DNA of 24,000 nt, from NCBI GenBank assembly GCA_017460955.1, contig JAFTZY010000062.1:1096-25095 (forward strand), in the 5' to 3' direction. The DNA comes from Oscillospiraceae bacterium (GTDB lineage: Bacteria > Bacillota > Clostridia > Oscillospirales > Ruminococcaceae). A model generated the notes under the pieces. The model was not told where the DNA came from and made no database searches. It saw nothing but the letters and a program-made list of their open reading frames with translations. Positions within the stretch are counted from its first letter, which is position 1, and each line of letters begins with the position of its first letter. The translations under genes and the position numbers were made by a program. Below are positions 18,455 through 24,000 of this stretch, one piece after another.

Positions 18455-19549
18455 ATGAGCGAAATTTTCTCCAATGTATGGGTCAAGCGGGTCGTATCCC
18501 TGCTCAGCCCCCTGTATGCGGTGGCTGTGTGCTGGTTCGCCTATATGTCCGTCTTTTATGAGCTGATCGTATACGATCCCAAGACTGTGTGCATCATGCT
18601 CTCGTGTATCTCGCTGGTGTGGCTGATCCTGATGCTCTACACCCGCAAGCAGTTTCTGACAAAGCTGACAAGCCTCATCCTGCTGCCCGGGATGGTGCTG
18701 CCGATCCTGCTCTATTTCGGGCAGTGGTGGGTGCTCATCCCGCCGCTGGTGACGGCACTCATCATCTTCTTCTTTTCAGGGCTCGGCGAAACAGCCAAGA
18801 CCGCATGGGGCACCATCTTCCTGCTGCTCTATCTGCTCGGGTCGCTGGTGTTCTTCCTGACGACCTCCCTGTTCGCCCCCTCCACCGTGACCACCACGCT
18901 TGCCGAGGGACCTTCCCCTTCAGGGCTGTACCGGTTCCGTGTGACGGAGACCACCGACAGCTCCAACGGCTGTACCAAGGTCCAGGTGGAAACGAGCGAG
19001 CTGGACAGGGATTATGACCTGGCCGTGTTCCAGATCAAGGGCCTGACACGCGATGTGGTCGTGGAGCGGCCCCTCCAGGAGGAGGTCCAGATCGAGTGGA
19101 AGACCGAGACGCGCCAGGACATCACAAAGCAGATCGATGACATCTCCAGGGACATCACCGTGACCCTGAGCGATGCCCAGATGGACATGCTCGGCCGGGA
19201 GGCCTATCAAATCACCTACAGCGGCGGACAGACGCTCTCCATGATGCAGAGCGACTACCACGACACCTATATTTCCCTGAGCCCCGCCCAGAAGGCGGCC
19301 CTTGAGACCGAGGACGAGGAGGTCAAGCTCGACACCCTCTCCGACGGCGAGCTCAAGGCACTGGGCATCACACTCGAGAATTTCCGCACCGTCACCCTCT
19401 CGGAGCTGACCGATGAGGAGCTCGCGGCACTGGGCATCCCCGAGGAGGGGGATGTGATGTACTACAACGGCAGGGTGGTGTTCCGGTACTATGTTGCCAT
19501 CCTCGAGGAGTACTTCGACCTCTCCAAGCAGGAGATCGGCCTGATGTGA
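18455..19549 (+). CDS. Hypothetical membrane protein: about 5 N-terminal TM helices plus an acidic C-terminal domain of about 220 aa
   Basis: The ORF has high GC3. The hydrophobic stretches are YAVAVCWFAYMSVFY, CIMLSCISLVWLILMLY, LILLPGMVLPILLYF, WVLIPPLVTALIIFFFSGL and IFLLLYLLGSLVFFLTTSLF. I recognise no family. The start is uncertain between ATG 18455 and ATG 18401, and neither has a good RBS. Confidence 0.6.
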   Translation: MSEIFSNVWVKRVVSLLSPLYAVAVCWFAYMSVFYELIVYDPKTVCIMLSCISLVWLILMLYTRKQFLTKLTSLILLPGMVLPILLYFGQWWVLIPPLVTALIIFFFSGLGETAKTAWGTIFLLLYLLGSLVFFLTTSLFAPSTVTTTLAEGPSPSGLYRFRVTETTDSSNGCTKVQVETSELDRDYDLAVFQIKGLTRDVVVERPLQEEVQIEWKTETRQDITKQIDDISRDITVTLSDAQMDMLGREAYQITYSGGQTLSMMQSDYHDTYISLSPAQKAALETEDEEVKLDTLSDGELKALGITLENFRTVTLSELTDEELAALGIPEEGDVMYYNGRVVFRYYVAILEEYFDLSKQEIGLM

Positions 19550-19636
19550 TACGCTCCCGTGCGGGGGAAGGATCCATTGTATATAACCGGCGTGACATCC
19601 GGTTAATGATAGAATTTATTTTCAGGAGGTTTGATT

Positions 19637-20962
19637 ATGAGCGAATTTTTCAGCAAGATCGGCAAGATCCCCTATGAGGGCAAGGGTTCGGACAACCCGC
19701 TGGCATTCAAGTACTACAACCCGGACGAGGTGGTCGCCGGCAAGCCCATGAAGGAGCAGCTGCGCTTTGCACTGTCCTGGTGGCATACCATGAGCGGCGA
19801 CGGCACGGACATGTTCGGTGTGGGTACTGCCGACAAGACCTGGGGCCAGTCCGATCCGGCTGCACGCGCCATTGCCAAGGTGGACGCTGCCTTTGAGATC
19901 ATGGACAAGCTGTCCATCGAGTACTACTGCTTCCATGACCGCGACCTGTCCCCGGAGTACGGCTCCCTTGCCGAGAGCAACGAGGCGCTGGACAAGGTAA
20001 CGGATTACCTCGCAGAGCGCCAGAAGGCCGATCCGACCAAGAAGCTCCTGTGGGGCACTGCCAAGTGCTTTGACCATCCCAGATATATGCACGGTGCCGG
20101 CACCTCCCCGAGTGCGGATGTGTTCGCCTATGCAGCAGCCCAGATCAAGAAGGCCATCGAGGCCACCGTCAAGCTCGGCGGCAGCGGCTATGTGTTCTGG
20201 GGCGGCCGTGAGGGCTATGAGACGCTCCTGAATACCAATATGGGCCTGGAGCTGGACAATATGGCACGCCTGATGACCATGGCCAAGGACTACGGCCGCA
20301 AGATCGGCTTTACGGGCGACTTCTATGTGGAGCCCAAGCCCAAGGAGCCGACCAAGCACCAGTACGATTTCGATTCCGCGACCGTCATCGGCTTCCTCAA
20401 CAAGTACGGCCTTGACAAGGATTTCAAGCTGAACATCGAGGCCAACCATGCCACCCTTGCACAGCACACCTTCCAGCATGAGCTGCGTGTGGCCAGAGTG
20501 AACGGCATGTTCGGCTCCATCGATGCCAACCAGGGCGATACCCTGCTCGGCTGGGATACCGACCAGTTCCCGACGAACATCTACGATGCCGCACTGTGCA
20601 TGTATGAGGTGCTCAAGGCAGGCGGCTTCACGAACGGCGGCCTGAACTTCGACTCCAAGGCCAGAAGAGGCTCCTTCACGCCGGAGGACATCTTCTACAG
20701 CTACATCGCCGGCATGGACACCTTCGCACTGGGTCTGCGCATTGCCGACAAGCTCATTGCAGACGGCCGGATCGACAAGTTTGTCGAGGACCGCTATGCG
20801 TCCTGGAACACCGGCATCGGTGCGGACATCATCAGCGGCAAGGCTACACTCGAGGATCTCGAGCAGTATGCCCTGAAGAAGGGCGAGGTGACCGACTCCC
20901 TTACGAGCGGCAGCCAGGAGAAGCTCGAATCCATCCTCAACAATGTGATGTTCAATCTGTAA
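19637..20962 (+). CDS. xylA: Xylose isomerase
   Basis: [64 protein letters not shown] and [20 protein letters not shown] sits 7 nt before ATG 19637. Confidence 0.95.
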   Translation: MSEFFSKIGKIPYEGKGSDNPLAFKYYNPDEVVAGKPMKEQLRFALSWWHTMSGDGTDMFGVGTADKTWGQSDPAARAIAKVDAAFEIMDKLSIEYYCFHDRDLSPEYGSLAESNEALDKVTDYLAERQKADPTKKLLWGTAKCFDHPRYMHGAGTSPSADVFAYAAAQIKKAIEATVKLGGSGYVFWGGREGYETLLNTNMGLELDNMARLMTMAKDYGRKIGFTGDFYVEPKPKEPTKHQYDFDSATVIGFLNKYGLDKDFKLNIEANHATLAQHTFQHELRVARVNGMFGSIDANQGDTLLGWDTDQFPTNIYDAALCMYEVLKAGGFTNGGLNFDSKARRGSFTPEDIFYSYIAGMDTFALGLRIADKLIADGRIDKFVEDRYASWNTGIGADIISGKATLEDLEQYALKKGEVTDSLTSGSQEKLESILNNVMFNL

Positions 20963-20976
20963 GGCACACAGAAGCT

Positions 20977-21013
20977 GCGCCCGCACCCCACCCAGGGAGT
21001 GCGGGCGCTTTTT
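20977..21013 (+). terminator. Intrinsic terminator of xylA
   Basis: GCGCCCGCAC (20977-20986), a 12-nt loop, GTGCGGGCGC (20999-21008), then TTTTT. The 10-bp stem is perfect. Confidence 0.8.
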
Positions 21014-21065
21014 ATGCAAAGGATCAAGACAGCGCCGCCCGATGTACCGCAGGCGGGGGGTCCCC

Positions 21066-21114
21066 AAAAAAGAAAAAAGCCCCTCCCCTTCCCGCGAAGC
21101 GGGAGAGGGAGGGG
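21066..21114 (-). terminator. Intrinsic terminator of xylB
   Basis: The minus strand reads CCCCTCCCTCTCCCGC-ttc-GCGGGAAGGGGAGGGG, a 16-bp stem with a 2-nt internal mismatch, followed by CTTTTTTCTTTTTT. Confidence 0.7.
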
Positions 21115-21161
21115 TTTGGGGCGGGCGGCCCTGAACGGGCCACCCTTGGAAACGAACGCCC

Positions 21162-22685
21162 TTACAGCGCTGCCAGCTTCCCGAAGCTCTCTTTGAGCGC
21201 CGGGTAGATCTCCCGGTAGAGTCCGTAGTACTTCTCGTACTCCGGGATGTGTTCCTCCACGGGCGCCTGCACACCGGCCGTGCGCACGATGGCATCGCAG
21301 GCCTCCGAGACGCTGCCGTAGATCCCGGCACCCACCAATGCCAGGATGGCCACGCCCAGCGCCGGGCCCTCCTTGGACTCCACAGTGGTCACCGGACAAT
21401 TGTACAGGTCCGCCAGCATCTGACGCCATACCGGGGAGGAGCCGCCGCCGCCGCAGGCCGCCATGTCCGAAACGGACAGGCCCATCTCCCGGAATACCTC
21501 CACGCAGTCACGCAGCGAGTACGTCACACCCTCCATGACAGCCCGCAGGAGGTCGCGCTTTTCATGCATGGCCGACAGTCCGAAGAAGACACCGCGTGCA
21601 TCCGGATCCAGATGCGGCGTGCGCTCCCCCATGAGGTAGGGCAGGTACAGCAGCTTGTTCGCACCGATGGGGGATTCGAGTGCTGCCTTGTCCATCAGAT
21701 AGTACGGGTCCACATCCATCATGGCCGCCGTCTCCATCTCTGCGATGCAGAAATTGTCCCGGAACCACTTGAGCGAGAGCCCCGCACCCTGCGTCACACC
21801 CATCACATGCCATGCCCCCGGCACGGCTGCACAGCAGGTGTGGACACGGCCCATCCGGTCAATGGAGATCCGGCTCGTGTGTGCGAACACCACGCCCGAG
21901 GTGCCGATGGTCGTGAAGGCCTTGCCGTCCCGGACCACGCCCGTGCCGACAGCCGCAGCGGCATTGTCGCCCGCACCGCCGACCACGATCGTTCCCTCGC
22001 ACAGCCCGAGTCTGTCCGCCATTTCCCGCGTGAGCGTGCCCGTGACCTCGCAGGACTCGTAGACCCTGCCAAGGAGCGCCTTGTCGATCTGCAAGGCGGA
22101 GAGGAGCTCGTCCGACCAGCAGCGGTGCGGGACATCGAGCAGCTGCATACCGGAGGCATCGGAGACCTCGGTCGCATATTCGCCCGTGAGCAGGTAGCGC
22201 AGGTAGTCCTTGGGCAGGAGGATGTGGGCTGCCTTCTCATAGATCTCCGGCTCGTGATTTCTGACCCAGAGGATCTTCGCCGCCGTCCAGCCGGTGAGGG
22301 CGGGATTGGCCGTAACGGACACGAGCTTGTCCCGGCCGACTGTGCGGTTCATCTCCTCGACCTCGGCAGCCGTTCTCTGGTCGCACCAGATGATGCTGCG
22401 GCGCAGAACACGCCCGTCCTTGTCGAGCAGGACCAGACCGTGCATCTGGCCGGAAATGCCGATGCCGCGCACCTCCTCCTTCTTCACGCCGCTCTTTTGC
22501 ATGACCGCCTGGATGGTGGCTGTCATGGCATTGGCCCAGTCCGCCGGATCCTGCTCCGCATAGCCGTTCTGCGGCTGGTACATGGGGTATTCGACTGTGT
22601 GTGAGGCGACCACCCTGCCGCGCTCGTCAAAGAGGACTGTCTTGGTACCGCTCGTACCGCAGTCCACACCGATCACATATGCCAT
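21162..22685 (-). CDS. xylB: Xylulokinase (FGGY family)
   Basis: MAYVIGVDCGTSGTKTVLFDERG, QDPADW, GISGQMHGLVLLD and GGGSSPVWRQMLADL. The ATG at 22685 lies downstream of GGAGTG. The ORF track start at 22721 would remove the leader. Confidence 0.9.
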   Translation of the reverse strand: MAYVIGVDCGTSGTKTVLFDERGRVVASHTVEYPMYQPQNGYAEQDPADWANAMTATIQAVMQKSGVKKEEVRGIGISGQMHGLVLLDKDGRVLRRSIIWCDQRTAAEVEEMNRTVGRDKLVSVTANPALTGWTAAKILWVRNHEPEIYEKAAHILLPKDYLRYLLTGEYATEVSDASGMQLLDVPHRCWSDELLSALQIDKALLGRVYESCEVTGTLTREMADRLGLCEGTIVVGGAGDNAAAAVGTGVVRDGKAFTTIGTSGVVFAHTSRISIDRMGRVHTCCAAVPGAWHVMGVTQGAGLSLKWFRDNFCIAEMETAAMMDVDPYYLMDKAALESPIGANKLLYLPYLMGERTPHLDPDARGVFFGLSAMHEKRDLLRAVMEGVTYSLRDCVEVFREMGLSVSDMAACGGGGSSPVWRQMLADLYNCPVTTVESKEGPALGVAILALVGAGIYGSVSEACDAIVRTAGVQAPVEEHIPEYEKYYGLYREIYPALKESFGKLAAL

Positions 22686-22735
22686 AGCTTGTACACTCCT
22701 ATCCTGATTGTCCCCCTTCACAGGGGGCTGTTTTT

Positions 22736-22764
22736 ATTATACAATATTTCCTGGAGAATTGCAA
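22736..22764 (-). promoter_or_regulatory. Sigma-70-type promoter of xylB
   Basis: The minus strand reads TTGCAA (22759-22764), a 17-nt spacer, then TATAAT (plus coordinates 22736-22741). Confidence 0.6.
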
Positions 22765-22789
22765 GAGTTTTGTGAACTTTGTGGACCTC

Positions 22790-23254
22790 TCAGTTCCAAT
22801 AAGCGTATTCTAAGCTTTCAATGTAATCAAATGTAGGGGCATCCGTCCCTTGTGTGTCAATGGCTCTCCAAACATATGGCTGATTCATCAGAGTTGTTGA
22901 GATGTCGCGATCCATTAGATAATCATGATTGGTATCGCCGACAAACGTATAAACTCTTCTGCTTTTGTCATTCGGATCTGTGGCAGAGGCGCTGTTTTCA
23001 TCCATGACAATATAACCGACACACTGGTCAATATCCTCTTGTGCGAATGTTTTGGCAAGGGTCCCATATCCGATATATGTCCTTCCCTCATATTCGATCG
23101 TTCCGTATCGTGCATCATGATCCTTTGGATCGACAAATTCCCCCATTTTCAATGCCACAGCATCCTTGGTCATATCAGGGTATGATACGCTGCCGCAGCC
23201 TGATAATGTACATGTGATAATGCCGGTCAACAAAATAGCCACATATCTTTTCAT
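22790..23254 (-). CDS. Hypothetical lipoprotein (low-GC gene)
   Basis: MKRYVAILLTGIITCTLSGCGS is a signal peptide with lipobox LSGC. AAGGAGAA RBS sits 6 nt upstream. The 154-aa product matches no family I recognise. Hand-counted lines 22861-22920 and 22921-22980 give 26/60 and 24/60 G+C. Confidence 0.7.
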   Translation of the reverse strand: MKRYVAILLTGIITCTLSGCGSVSYPDMTKDAVALKMGEFVDPKDHDARYGTIEYEGRTYIGYGTLAKTFAQEDIDQCVGYIVMDENSASATDPNDKSRRVYTFVGDTNHDYLMDRDISTTLMNQPYVWRAIDTQGTDAPTFDYIESLEYAYWN

Positions 23255-23294
23255 ATCGGTTTCTCCTTATGAATATGATGTGCGCAGCGGTCTG

Positions 23295-23426
23295 CTACGC
23301 CCTTATCCTCGACCAGCGCTCGGCGATCCGTCCGATGCGCTCGTAGGTGATGAGACGGCACAGGGCATCGGTGAGGCGGCCGTATTTGCGGTAGAGGAAG
23401 TTAAAGACCAGGTACGGCGCACGGCT
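23295..23426 (-). other. In-frame continuation of the radical SAM reading frame beyond an internal TAG (43 sense codons, then a second TAG)
   Basis: The minus strand after TAG (23427-23429) reads SRAPYLVFNFLYRKYGRLTDALCRLITYERIGRIAERWSRIRA and stops at TAG 23295-23297. By hand count, 36 of 43 third positions are G/C, matching the coding periodicity of neighbouring genes. Confidence 0.5.
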
Positions 23427-24000
23427 CTACCTTGCCTTCGGACAGCGGCGCAGGATGTTGCCGACACTGTAGACCCTGCGGTAGATCCACCGGTACCCGG
23501 CAGAGAGCTCCTCGGGCGTCATGCCGCGGGGCGCATAGACCACATGCGCGGTATTGTAGAGCGAGAGGTCCTCCGTCAGGATCCGCCCCTCTGCGCGCAT
23601 CCGGTCATAAAGGGCAGTGCCCGGGTAGGGGGTGAGGATGTGGGAGGTGACCGTCTCGATGCGGTTGCGCACGATCCAGTCGAGCGTGGTGCGGAAGGTC
23701 TCCTGCGTGTCCCCGTCAAGGCCGAACACAAAGCTTGCGTGGATCATGATGCCGTGCGCATGGATGGCACGGATCGCCTCCTCGTAGCGCTGCGTCTGGT
23801 TCTGGACCTTGTGGACATTCCCGATCGCCTCCGGATTGATGCTCTCAAAGCCGATGAACAGGCTCTGACAGCCCGTGCGCTTCATGAGGTCCAGCAGACT
23901 CTCGTCAAAGGCCGCGTTGATGGACACGGCCGCGCTCCATGTCAGGTGCAGCGGCTCGATGGCATGGAGAAAGTCCCTCGTCCAGCGGGGATTGCCGGCA
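23427..24000 (-). CDS. B12-binding-type radical SAM protein, C-terminal part (5' end outside the window); terminated by TAG
   Basis: The frame is open to the window edge (AGNPRWTRDFLHAIEPLHLTWSAAVSINAAFDES...). SLFIGFESINPEAI, ASFVFGLDGDT and ILTPYPGTALYDRM are typical of the radical SAM barrel and C-terminal region of COG1032-like enzymes. Confidence 0.75.
   Translation of the reverse strand, partial: AGNPRWTRDFLHAIEPLHLTWSAAVSINAAFDESLLDLMKRTGCQSLFIGFESINPEAIGNVHKVQNQTQRYEEAIRAIHAHGIMIHASFVFGLDGDTQETFRTTLDWIVRNRIETVTSHILTPYPGTALYDRMRAEGRILTEDLSLYNTAHVVYAPRGMTPEELSAGYRWIYRRVYSVGNILRRCPKAR

Noticed and set aside
20999-21196. A 65-aa plus-strand ORF lies in the xylA-xylB intergenic region. 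There is a similar small intergenic ORF at 8810-9031.
   Set aside because: It runs straight through two terminator hairpins, has no RBS, and its sequence is Pro/Gly/Arg low complexity.
23427-23429. The internal TAG of the radical SAM gene could be read as pyrrolysine.
   Set aside because: There are no pyl genes or methylamine methyltransferases in the window, and radical SAM enzymes of this type are not known Pyl proteins. A nonsense mutation or an error is far more likely. I keep this only as a low-prior alternative in the finding.

Overview
This is a high-GC chromosomal segment. Hand-counted 60-nt lines in ordinary genes give about 65% G+C. AGGAGG-type ribosome binding sites, TGnTATAAT promoters and the gene content (spoVG, DUF4321, mreBCD-mrdA-minD-mgsA) suggest a high-GC member of the Clostridia. 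That placement is inference and I cannot name the species.

The window is mostly core housekeeping. At the left end are a metallophosphoesterase C-terminal fragment, a YfhO-family membrane protein, a NudF-type Nudix hydrolase, and spoVG on the minus strand. A roughly 17 kb co-directional plus-strand block then runs murC, lexA, zapA, U32 family protein, dut, DUF4321, mreB, mreC, mreD, mrdA (PBP2), a minD-like gene, mgsA, hisS, aspS, an unknown membrane protein and xylA. At the right end, on the minus strand, are xylB, a low-GC lipoprotein gene and a fragment of a B12-type radical SAM gene. I found no rRNA, tRNA, CRISPR array, transposase or integrase.

I do not see a convincing novel multi-gene system. 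The leads worth a second look are:
- a MinD homologue that lacks the C-terminal membrane-targeting helix and has no minC, minE or rodA neighbours;
- lexA overlapping the murC stop codon and sitting ahead of zapA, with no canonical Gram-positive SOS box visible;
- an uncharacterised 5-TM protein with an internal 23-codon duplication, driven by a near-consensus promoter;
- a single-gene low-GC lipoprotein island of about 40-43% G+C;
- an in-frame TAG in the radical SAM gene followed by 43 more codons with clear coding periodicity, in a window where none of the other 22 genes ends in TAG;
- a U32 protein carrying the CX6CX15CX3C Fe-S motif plus a second C-terminal Cys cluster.

All family assignments come from reading the translations by eye. 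No database search was run.
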